A DNA stretch of 64,000 nucleotides from Octopus sinensis (taxonomy: Eukaryota), in contig NC_043002.1 of NCBI RefSeq assembly GCF_006345805.1, positions 58,466,001 through 58,530,000 of the forward strand, read 5' to 3'. A program made the position numbers and the translations under genes. The notes under the pieces are model-generated. The model was not told where the DNA came from, made no database searches, and saw nothing but the letters and a program-made list of their open reading frames with translations. Positions 11,852 through 22,965 of the stretch are shown piece after piece (position 1 is the first letter of the stretch; each line of letters begins with the position of its first letter).

Positions 11852-12905
11852 CTAAAAGAGAAAAATATAAATGATATTAGAACTGCGGTAGCGGTGGTGG
11901 TGGTGGTGGGAGAGGGGAAGTTACCTTTTTAGATTCAGAAACACAATCCGCTCTAAGCAGGCATTCCGTTGCCCTATTGATATTGCCAACAAATACCTCA
12001 CATCAAACTAATTCAAACCTTCTGTAAATTTAACACAGACAAAGACAATAATGGGCCCTTTTTATTGATCCGTTTTATTTTATATCTTGGTGGGGGTGGG
12101 GTCTTCTGATCAGTTGTTTTTATCATCACCATTTAATGTCTGTTTTCTGGGTAGGAATGGATTAGAAGTTCAACAGAAGCCGGCAAGCCAGAGGGCTGCT
12201 TCAAGCTCCAGTGTCTGCTTTTACAAAATTTCTATGGCTGGATGCCCTTCCTACATTTAGAGATGACAGTTGAGTCACAAATATGAAATAAATTATTTCC
12301 TTCCAATGAGGAATTAGGGGCTTAATTCTTACATCAACCTACTTGAGAAAACCTACCATTTTTCTCTCTCTCTCTCTCTCAATGTACACACACACACACA
12401 CAAACAGGCTTTTTACAGTTTCTGTCTTCCAAATCCACTCACAAGGGTTTGGTTGGCACAGGGCTACAGCAGAAGATACTTGCTTAAGGTGACGTGCAGA
12501 GGGAAATAACCCTGAACCATGTGGTTGGGAAACAAACTTCTTACCATACAACCAAGCCTATATATATGAGTGTATATATATATATTCTTTTACTTGTTTC
12601 AGTCATTTGACTGCAGCCATGCTGGAGCACCACCCTTAGTCAATCAAATCGACCCCAGGATTTATTCTTTGTAAGCCTAATACTTATTCTATCGGTCTCT
12701 TTTGCCAATCTGCTAAGTTACAGGGACAATTGCACACACATAAGACAGATTTCTTTCAGTTTCCCTCTACCAAATCCATTCACAAGGTCTAGGTCAGTCT
12801 GAAGCTATAGTAGAAGACACTTGCCTAAGGTGCCATGCAGTGGGACTGAAACCAGAACCATATGGTTGGGAAGCAAGCTTCTTACCACACAGCCATGCCT
12901 TAGCC

Positions 12906-12936
<31 letters not shown>

Positions 12937-13146
12937 CAATTTTACATATGACTTGAATTTACATAAGGGAGAGGGGTGTTAATACAAAATCAATATTACT
13001 AATGAGCAGAACAAAGTCTGAATTATTTTAATGCATCTATGAATAACTTATTTATAATTACCATCAAAAATCCATTTTGTGAACTACACTTCCCCTTCAG
13101 AAATCTCTGGACAACAACCTTAGCAGAAAAACAAAAAAAAACTCAC

Positions 13147-13259
13147 TTGCATTCCATGGAAATTTCTTTAACCTCTTCCAACACAGCATTTCCTTCCTTC
13201 TTTTCATTAATCTCCCAAAGGTGTAGGGAGTTGTCACTACAAAGGGTGATGAGACGACC
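13147..13259 (-). CDS. lgl: lgl exon (113 nt, phase 0->2): GRLITLCSDNSLHLWEINEKKEGNAVLEEVKEISMEC
   Basis: Acceptor attttttcag|GGT; donor AA|gtgagt; GRL..L..DNSLHLWE motif. Confidence 0.95.
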
Positions 13260-14279
13260 CTGAAAAAATATTCACAAGACAGTTTTTTTTTTTTTATTTT
13301 TAAAGTCTATTTTCAAACATAATAAAAAAGGAAACATCAATACGTTAACGGATGAAAATCTTTAAAATATGTATTTTATATTATCATTTTATGTATTCTG
13401 ATGGTAATTCTAAGTTGATTTTTCTTTTTCTTGTGAAGACATATGTCACCTCTTGTATATACATACAGCAACAGAGAAAAGAGGGAGTTGCTAAGTGGGT
13501 TGCTTGACTTGCTAAAAATAGCAGGCAAATTTCCCTCAAATCCCATCATGCCATCTTAAATAAAAACAGGACATATTAGTAGCGTCATCTACATCCTGCT
13601 AAAATGGCTTTAGAATTATCATGGCTAAGATTGCCTTCAGTTGTTGGCTTGATTAATACAAACTGATTTGAACTAATCTATCACTGTCTATGTGATCTAT
13701 TTTGGCATGGGTTTCACAGTTGAATGCTCTTCTGAACATTGACTATTTTACAAACAGGACTTAAAGACTCCCAGCTAAACTGAATCAAATTGTTTTCTCT
13801 TTAGGAGTTACCATTCTCCTAGATAGGTTCCTGCATGTACCATGGCTTGAAGAGTCGGTATCTTCACTGATTTACTCCTTCCTTTATCATAACTTCCACG
13901 GGTCAGTAGGAAGATCAGGATGCTCTTCCTATCACAAACCCTCACTTGTTTCCAAGATATTTTCCCTTGGCTAGACATGTTTCCATTGAAGATTGGAAAC
14001 AAACAACACTGCTTGAATGATGGTGAAGCTCATTTACAACTACTTGGCAATGTCAAGATACAGAGACAAATACTCACACACACACACATACACACACACA
14101 CACACACATAAAACGGGCGTCTACAGTGTCTCTTAACAATCTACTCACAAGGCTTTGGTCAGCCCGGAATAACAATAGAAGACAATTGCTAAGGTACTGT
14201 GCAGTCGGACTGAACCCAAAAGTACATGGTTGTGAAGTGAATTTCTCTATGTAATAAACAAAGAAAAAAAACTACATAC

Positions 14280-14361
14280 CTGCTCAGGTAAAAAGAAAAG
14301 TTGATTAATAGAAACATCTTTCTTTTGCTGACCAACAAATTCTACACCTGGTGCGCCATAA
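14280..14361 (-). CDS. lgl: lgl exon (82 nt, phase 2->0): (I)[27 protein letters not shown]
   Basis: Acceptor ttcttaacaactgtttctag|T; donor CAG|gtatgt; YGAPGVEF motif. Confidence 0.95.
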
Positions 14362-16307
14362 CTAGAAACAGTTGTTAAGAAAATTTTTAAGGTAATTATT
14401 TACTCAATATCTATTTTTTTAAATTATGAAAAAAAAAGGAAGCCACATGGCCTACTAGTTAGGGCATTGCACTCACAATCGTAAGGCCATGGTTTTGATT
14501 CCTGGGCCAGGCAGTGCTTTGTATTCTTGTGCAAAACACTTCCTCTTCACACTGCGCCATCCCACTCAGCTGTTAATGATTAACCCTGTGATGAACTTGT
14601 ATCCCGTTCAGGAGGATTGCTTTGATCTCAATTGCTTTATATGCACACGGAAACCAGGTAACTGATCCTATAAGTCCTAAGACTCAAAGACAGGACTTGA
14701 CTTTTACTAGCTTAAACTATGAGAATTTCATTGTGTTATAATGTAAAATTAATCTATTTTATAGTTGTGTTTGTTCAACAATGTAACTTCGCCTGAGACT
14801 GAGTGTTGAAACTGAAATTCACATCATGGTAGAGACATGTTAGCTTCACTTTGGTTTCTTTTTGTAATCATCATTAATTTTAGATCTATTTTTTCTGCAT
14901 CAGTGTGAAGATATACAGAAATTAAAATCCAAATACATTCTCACATACACATACATATATACATAGGGCTTCTGTACAAATTTCCATCAAAGAAATTTCC
15001 CACACAGAGCACTGATAGTACCAAAGTACAAAGACATTTGCCCAAGGCACCACCAAGTGGGATGGAATCCAAAACCACATAAGTGAACACTGCCTGCTTT
15101 GGGTGATGGGGCAATCCACACAATGGACTCTGCCAATGGTCAGATTTGTTCAACAGACAGTTCCGTGAATCAGCAATGCTCAAGCATTGCACAAATGCAT
15201 GCAGTACAGCTTTGTTGCTCTGTGCACATATTAGGCAACTGCCTGGCAGCACTTCTGTGCCAGTAGAGTTTATCATGTTGGACCTGCCAACTCCTCAGCA
15301 GCACTGCTAAGGCAGAGATTTATAGAAGCTATCATAATAATTCCTGGCCTGAAAATCCTTTCAAATAGTTTAGTTAGTCCTGGAACAAGGCCAGCAATTT
15401 TGACAGAAAATGGTGAGTCAATTATGCCAACCTCACTACTTGGCTTGTACTTAATTTTATCGACCCCAGAATGGAAGATATACCATAAAGCAATTTTTCC
15501 AAAATTATAATGATCCTGCTAGCTCACCCCCAAATAATAATAATGGTTTCAAATTTTGGCTCAAGGTCAGCAATTTCGGAAGAGGGGATAAGTTAGTTAT
15601 ATCAACCCCAGTGCTCAGTTGGCACTTATTTTGTTGACCCCAAAAGGATGAAAGGCAAAGGTGACCTTGCCAGAATTTGAACTCAGTACACAAACACTGA
15701 CAAAATGCTGCTAAGCCCAACAAGCTAACAATTCTGCCAGCTCACCACCTTAAATAATAATAATAATAGTCCTTTCTACTATAGGCACAAGGCCTGAAAT
15801 TTGGGAGACGGGATGGTCGATTACATCGAACCCCCAGTGTTTCACTGGTACTTAATTTATCAACCCTGAAAGGATGAAAGGCAAAGTCGACCTTGGCAGA
15901 ATTTGAACTCAGAACATCAAGAGTGAAAGGCAAAGTCAACCTCAGTGGAGTTTGAACTCAGTACGTAGTGACAGATGAAATACTGCTAAGCATTTCGTCC
16001 AATGTGCTAACAATTCTGCCAGCTCGCTGCCTTAATAATAATAATAATAGGCAGTGAACTGGCAGAAATGTTAGCATGTCGGGCAACATGCTTAGCGGTA
16101 TTTTGTCTGCCATTATGTTCTTTCCGGGTCGATTAAATAAGTACCAGTTACACACTGGGGTCGATGTAATTGACTTAATCTCTGTCTGTCCTTGTTTGTC
16201 CCTGCTATGTTTAGCCCCCTGTGGGCAATAAAGAAATAAATAATAATAATAATGATAACAAAAAATGCAGAAAATCAAAGTGAACTATGTTGATGCGAAA
16301 AGGATAC
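14362..16307 (-). other. U12-type (minor spliceosome) GT-AG intron of lgl, 1946 nt
   Basis: 5' splice site GTATCCTTTT (U12 consensus RTATCCTTT). Branch point TTTTCTTAAC at 14383-14374 (consensus TTCCTTAAC) ends 12 nt before the AG, with no long polypyrimidine tract. Confidence 0.92.
15120..15320 (-). pseudogene. Older Tx1-like zf-RVT remnant
   Basis: CLICAQSNKAVLHAFVQCLSIAD, similar to the 21.6-kb remnant. Confidence 0.5.
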
Positions 16308-16405
16308 ATTTTTAATATTCCTGTTTTAGTTCCTATTGCAAGCAACTTCAGCTTAGGGTCATATGCAAGAGCCCTCGGTTGACTGGGAAAACCATGGTCC
16401 ACACA
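16308..16405 (-). CDS. lgl: lgl exon (98 nt, phase 0->2): [32 protein letters not shown]
   Basis: Acceptor tttctctttcag|TGT; donor AT|GTATCCTTTT (U12-type); matches the HGFP..P.ALAYDP...LAIGT motif of Lgl/tomosyn. Confidence 0.95.
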
Positions 16406-18599
16406 CTGAAAGAGAAATGAAAATATAAAAATTAAACATGCATCATAAATTTTGTGAAGAAAAATGGGTTTTATATGAAAATATTTTTCCAAACAGTAAC
16501 AGACATTAGAAATTCCTCATATTTCCTATATCCTGTTTTATTTTAGGAATATAATAAGAATGTGGATGGCAGAGTCAGGTTATGGGACTTTAACAAGGAA
16601 GCAATTTAGAGGAACATGACCCAAGTTATTTGTATGGAAAATGAAAATTGGAAGTTACAAGAATTTTATATTCTGATGAGAAAGGAATGAGTTGGATGTT
16701 AGACATGGGGGCAGAGGTGCCTTTTTTATCCTTTATCTTTCACTTGTTTCAGTTATTAGACTGTGGCCATGCTGGGACACTGCCTTGAAGAATTTTTAGT
16801 CAAATGAATTGATCCCAGTACTTAATTTTTGTTTTGTTTTTTAACCATGGCATTTATCAAATCAGTTACCTTTGCTGAAAGAGCTAAGTGATGGGGACAT
16901 AAACACACCAACACCAGTTGTCACCAGTTGTCAACACAAAGACGCACACCTATACACATGTGGGTGTGTGTATATACGTGTGTGGTTATGTGTGTGTATG
17001 TGTGCATGTCCTCTACCACTGATTGACAACCATTGTTGGTATGTCAACATCCCTGTAACTTAGTGATTCAGCAAAAAGCAACCAATCAAATAAGTACCTA
17101 TCCTAATAATAAGCACTGGGGTTGATTTGTTCAAATGAAATTCTCCAAGGTGGTGCCCCAGCATGGCCGCAGTCTGATGACCAAAGCAAGTAAAAGAATA
17201 AAAGGGAGAAGCATGCCACATTTCCCTATTTACAACCCAAGGATGTAAAAGTCTATTTCTAAAGTTACCCATTGTATGAAGGACAACTCTCTTTTATCTT
17301 CATAACACGAGTTTTAATCCGATTTTACTTTTGCCACATAAGCTCAAATCATTAAGATTACTGTTTCTCTTCACTTTTCTAGTATACTTTTGGCTGATCT
17401 TATCCACAGCATAACACTAAATCTCTTAGCTGAGATAAAGATAACACCAGTGTTGTCCTTTCCTCCCTCTTACTCAACATAGCTTATTCTCTTCCTTCTA
17501 CTCACACTTCAATGAGTGTGCCATATCTACCTAAAGCTAAATACACAATGGCCACTTGCCCAGAGAACTGACTACAGCTTGAGGCACTAAAACACTTTTT
17601 AACCAAGCTTTCCCTAAACTAGAACCTTCAGAACATCTTTTCTGCTTACATTTTCCATCAATAACTAAACTATAACAATCTAACACCCTTCATCTTCATT
17701 TAATGCCCATTCTCCTTGCTGGCATGGGTTGGATGGTTTGACAGGTGCTGGTAAAGGCCAGAGGCCACACCAGGTTCCATTGTCTGTTTTGGCAAGGTTT
17801 CTGCAGCAGGATACCCTTCCTAATGCCAACCACTTTACAAAGTGTACTGGGTGCTTTTTACATGGTACCAGCAGTTCTTGAACCAGCTGGATCCTGTCAA
17901 ACTGACACTTGTCAGCATGGAAAATAAAATGGATGTTAAAAGATGACGATGAATCCTAATGATAACACAAAGTGATATATTTGTGAGGAAGGAATTCAGT
18001 CTCATGAACTGATCCTAATATATTACTGGTACACAGTAGTTGTTATAGTAGCAGAAGTATTAATTTAACACCAGGTAAGCCCCAAGAGAGAAGTCCTATA
18101 GGTGATGGCTTTTCTGTCACAATCAACACGTTTTGTTTCTCGAGTAGTGTGTAATATACTCTCAATCAAATGTATCATTCCTTTTGGAAGACAATAGGGT
18201 TTGATGTAACAGAGACCTGGCTACTATTTCTAGCAGGCCAAACAACTACATAGAAGCACTTTAATTAGACTTGAGGGTTGATGACAAAAAGGGCATCTGG
18301 CTGTAGAAAACCTTCAACAAATTCAGTCTAATTTATGCAAGTATGGAAAAACAGACTTTAAAACAAGGTTGACGATGTTAGTCCTGTTTATTTCCCAGTT
18401 TCCCAACTTTCTGGAGAAATCATTTAACACAGTTTCTTCAAAGAAATGCATAATGGCGCTGGCGACCAAGACAACAGTTTGTGGTGTTGAGTTCTGCAGT
18501 GTTATGTCTTTTACAGGGGGCAGATTCTTGACAGCTAAACATAATGACGCATGTAAAGGATCTCATTACAAGAGCAGCACGTCAGGGAAGTCTGATAGC

Positions 18600-18715
18600 T
18601 TATCCACTCAAATATTTGGCCTACTTGCTGTTAGGAATTGAAATGAGTGAAGAACTGAACTGGGAAAACCAAATGTTGCTGGTTACAGCAAAAGCAAGAG
18701 AAACAGCCAAGAATC
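18600..18715 (+). pseudogene. Possible decayed CR1/L2 reverse transcriptase fragment
   Basis: LLGIEMSEELNWENQMLLVTAKARE resembles the LGI.....L.W..HI.....KA thumb motif. Confidence 0.35.
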
Positions 18716-21119
18716 AGCATCAACTTTTCCATGGAATTGGCTGAGGCAGATTTTTTTAAAAGCTGAACACCCCTTCCAGGTGCCAACACTCTCCAGTTTC
18801 TGAATAAGGTAATACTTTCCCATGGACAAATGTTTTCACAGAAGACCGCAAACAAACGACACTGCCTGTTTGGTGGTGGCACTTGTTTACAATTATCATG
18901 CAATGTCAAGGCAACCAACAGTTAAACACACACACATACACGCACACACACCCTCTACATCCAACTCATTCCCCATCTCTAATTATCTACCACACTCTTT
19001 TCACTGATCTACACATCCACCTTTTCTGCTCTTCAATCCTTTCCCATATTTGTTGTACATATTGGCATTGTACCTGGACCTCTCCCTCTCCCTCCCTCCC
19101 ACATGCACTCGCTCGCACACGCTCGCACATACACTCACTCACACACACACACACACCCACACATACTTTTCCAGGTAGGCATTCACCTCTTCAGCAAGAT
19201 ACTTGCTCCTCTCCCTCTATCATAGTTTCTTATTCCTCCAGTCCATGCCCTGTTCAGTTGCGAGATCTTATCTTGTGGGTACTTGGTGACCTCACCAATG
19301 CCGGTGCCATATAAAAAGCACCCAGCTGTAGAAACTATACCAAAGTAGACACAGAACCTGACAGAGCCCCCTACAGCCATGCCACCCATGCCAACATGGA
19401 AAAAGGACATTAAATAATGACGATGATGACCAGTACAATCACATGACAGACTTCTTTCAGTTTCCACTTGCCAAATCCATTCACAAATCTTTGGTCAACC
19501 ATTATCCAATATGGATAAGAATTAAAACCAATTTGAAGTGTTGTCAGGATACAAACAATAGGAAACAAAACAGAATTAATAAGAAAAAGAAACAAGAATC
19601 GTGGAAGAAAATTACAACAGATAAAAACTAAATTAACAATTTTGCTGACTAAAACTAGCACACACACACACACACACATGGATGCATGCTTCACAATAAC
19701 ATTGATGATAGTAATCTTTAAATATGTTGTCTTTTAGAAACTTCTGAAGTTTCTAATTTCCAATTATATTTTAGCTTAGTCAAACAGCAAAACCTTTCTA
19801 GGGCGCTTGTATGCATATTTCCTCCCAGAGTACATTTTTTTCTTTTACTTTGTCCTTCTTATTTTATTTTATTTTTTTTGTGCACAGAAAGAAACCCTTT
19901 GTTGCTAACAAAGTAAAAAAAAAAAAAATCATGTGAAACTTTCAGTTTACACAAATCCTATTCATTAATGAATATTAATAACTTAAAACTGTGAAAACAA
20001 GATAATTTGTCTCAGTAACAACACAGAAAACATTTACAGTTATAAACTCCAAAATGACTAAAGAAGCTGCTACATGGAATTTTTTTTTAAAAATCATTTT
20101 TCATAAAACAAACTGAGTCTAGAAAATTCTTGAATTTGTGTGTAAAAATCAGGTTTTCAGTTTGATCAATAGCCGCAAAGACTTTTAACAGCATTAAAAC
20201 AGGCTATCATCATCATCACTTAATGTCCGCTTTTCCATGGATGTTGCTCTCCCTGTCACCAACCTTCACTTGTTTCCAAGCAAAGTGATATTTACCCCAT
20301 TACGAGACAGGTTTTTCACAGAAGACTGGAAACAAACAACCTCACTTGTATAACAGTGATGCTCATTTACAACCATCACACGATGTCTAGACAAGAGTAT
20401 TTGCACACACACACATACACACACAACCACCATCATCATTTAATGTCTGTTTTCCATGCTGGCATGGGTTGGACAGTTTGACAGGACAGGCTTCTTTCAG
20501 CTGCCATCAACCAAATCCACTTACAAGGCTTTGGTTGGCCCAAAGCTATAGAGAAGACACCTTCCAAAGGTTGAAAAATGTGGCATTTAAAAGCAATATC
20601 TGAATGCGTGATCACCGGAGCCTAGGGAATTTTATCAAATGACACTTAAACACTATTGCATAATACCAGGAAACCCTAAAGCATCAGAACTACAAAAATT
20701 GTTCTCGTGGGTACTGACCACATCCTAAGTAAAACACTATCAACCTGAGAATACCCAAATCTTTTAAAACCTTTCAGAATCACAAATATTACAACAAACT
20801 TAACGAGCTCTTAATTTTCAGTATCGCATGTTCTTTCCCTGAATTAAATCATTGTTTGTCATAAACAGCAGCCACAATAAAATGTCCAACTTGCTGTTAT
20901 CTGACGTCACTGGGTGAGACTTGGAACAGCTTGTATAAAACAAAACATAATAATCCTTTCTTTATTAGCCACAAGGGCTGATAAAAATAAGATTGGATAT
21001 TACAAAACATAAAGGACAAAATGGGGTTACATAAAGTGTCATGTAAAAAGTTGACAGCAATGAAAAATATAACAAAGAAAATGCCTGAAAGAGGCAAGCA
21101 GCTCAGGGGTACTCATGGA

Positions 21120-21600
21120 GACCCCACGAAAAATCCACAGGTAGCTTGACTACTAAGCCAAGAGCCTTTTCCCCATAAAGTAGGCCCACTGACAAGGACC
21201 ATCTTCGCCACATTCACCCACCTTTCAACAAATCTATTGGAAGTCAGCACTTCTTTCTCAGCTCTCACTTTCCTTTTCAGATGGTATCTGAAAAAGTTGA
21301 TGAGGGGTAGGTTTAGCCCCCTGTGGGCAGTAAAGAAATAAAGAAATAATAATAATAATAATAATAATAAAAGTATCTGCCTTCAGCATTTTCAGTCTAG
21401 ACCACCACAACCTCTTTCACTACAGCCATGAGACAGATGAAAATTGCCTCCCCTTGCCAGCCAAAAGACGGTGGCGGGGCAATCCTCATGATAGAATCAG
21501 CCGACAAGTGGACACGTCCTATACATGACTGCAGGCGTTCAACATAAACCCATATATCAGATATGCTTGGGCACTGGACGAGTGCATGCAGAACGGTTTC
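21120..21600 (-). pseudogene. Tx1/L1-clade LINE ORF2 zf-RVT/C-terminal remnant, interrupted near 21310-21375
   Basis: ETVLHALVQCPSISDIWVYVERL...FICLMAVVKEVV/WWSRLK...LINFFRYHLKRKVRAEKEVLTSNRFVERWVNVAKMV. Confidence 0.7.
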
Positions 21601-22210
21601 ATCACTCTACACACAGATAATAATAATAATAACAATAATAATAATCAAATTTCTATCATAGGCACAAGGCCTGAAATTCCAGATGCGGTAGTTAGTCAAT
21701 TACATTGACCCCAATGCTCAACTGGCACTTGCTTCGCTGACCCTAAAAGAATGACAGGCAAATTCAACTTTGATGGAATTTGAACTCAGAACGTAATGAT
21801 AGACAATATGCTTAGCAGCATTTTGTCCAGCATGCTAATGATTCAGCTAGCTCACCACCTTTGAAATGCTAATAATAATAATAGTAACTTTCTCAGGTAT
21901 GTGCTTCAATAACAAACATTTAATCGTATGTGCAAATCTAATCCTCTCACATCGTCTGGTTCAATTAGCAAATACCTCATTGAAGCCTAACATTATTGTT
22001 CATTATGAGCTAAAGTACCTCTCCTCCTACACTAAACAATACATACCAGTGTATATGTATGCCTATGTGTGTGTGTGTGTGTGTTACAGGATGGTGGTGG
22101 TGGTGGAGGGCGTTGCAGTGTAGTTAGTCAACTTGTTGATTGATAGTGTCTTGCACAATGTCTGGTCACTAGAAGTTATATAAGAACAAAATTCTACAAA
22201 ACCAACTCAG

Positions 22211-22249
<39 letters not shown>

Positions 22250-22532
22250 AGATCAGCTGACAGATGTTGAGGTCAGTTAACAGGTGTGGATGTCATAACT
22301 TTCTTTTTTTTTACAGTCAACAGAAATCATCATTATCATCAACATCATTGCCATACTTGCCGGGTAGGGTAGGATTTACTGAGATTTTCCCTGGCTGGAT
22401 CCTTTTTCCCCCACTTTCGCCAACCATCATTTGTTTTCATGCAAGTATTATTTTGCCCATGGTCAGACATGTTTGTCACAGAAGATTGGAAACAAAGGGA
22501 ACTTGCTTAAAACTATTGCACTGAGACACAAA

Positions 22533-22567
<35 letters not shown>

Positions 22568-22568
<1 letters not shown>

Positions 22569-22780
22569 GGTGGTGAGCTGGCAGAATCATTAGTACGCCA
22601 GGGAAAATGCTTAGAAGCATTTTGTCTGTCTTTACGTTCTGAGTTCAAATTCCGTCAAGGTCAACTTTGCCTTTCATCCTTTCAGAGTCAATAAATTAAG
22701 TATCAGTCAAGTACTCGGGTCACTATAATCAACCAGTCCCTTCCCAAAAAATTTCAGGCCCTGTGTCTATAGTAAAAAGT
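22568..22780 (+). mobile_element. SINE family C (ggtgagctggcagaa...gagttcaaattcc...ggccttgtgcc); e.g. about 15520-15750, 15780-16035, 16045-16240, 21655-21860, 24865-24990, 25660-25840, 29940-30145, 61710-61900
   Basis: B-box GAGTTCAAATTCC; usually next to (TAA)n. Confidence 0.75.
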
Positions 22781-22799
22781 ATTATAATTATTAGAGAGA

Positions 22800-22965
22800 G
22801 AGTAGCAATGGCCTAGTGGTTAGGGCAGCGGACTCGCGGTCGCAGGATCGCAGTTTCGATTCTCAGACCGGGCGTTGTGTGTGTTTATTGAGCGAAAACA
22901 CCTAAAAAAGCTCTACGAGGCTCCGGCAGGGGGTGGTGATCCCTGCTGTACTCTTTCACCACAAT
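22800..22965 (+). mobile_element. tRNA-derived SINE, 3'-truncated; a longer copy lies on the minus strand at about 27522-27780
   Basis: A-box TGGCCTAGTGG, B-box-like GTTTCGATTCT; body shared with 27522-27780. Confidence 0.75.

Larger units (their letters stand above)
3239..16405 (-). other. lgl: lethal(2) giant larvae (LLGL) gene, partial: 8 internal exons (946 nt, about 315 aa); continues off the left edge; first coding exon not found
   Basis: Manual splicing gives one open frame: [41 protein letters not shown]...GRLITLCSDNSLHLWE...LLIGTEGGNIHIL...NPGAVEAI...FLIGFNRGYIVLWD...QQLESLDW...TPYGPFPCKAISKIQW...FSGGMPRASYGDKH...DFTSKVIDF. All intron phases are compatible. SGGMPRASYGD and DFTSxVIDF are LLGL-type, not tomosyn-type. 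Confidence 0.95.

Noticed and set aside
16211-16492. 93-aa ORF as an intact gene
   Set aside because: Only 16308-16405 is exon; the rest is intron read-through.
22800-22875. tRNA gene
   Set aside because: A and B boxes are present but there is no full cloverleaf; it continues into a SINE body.
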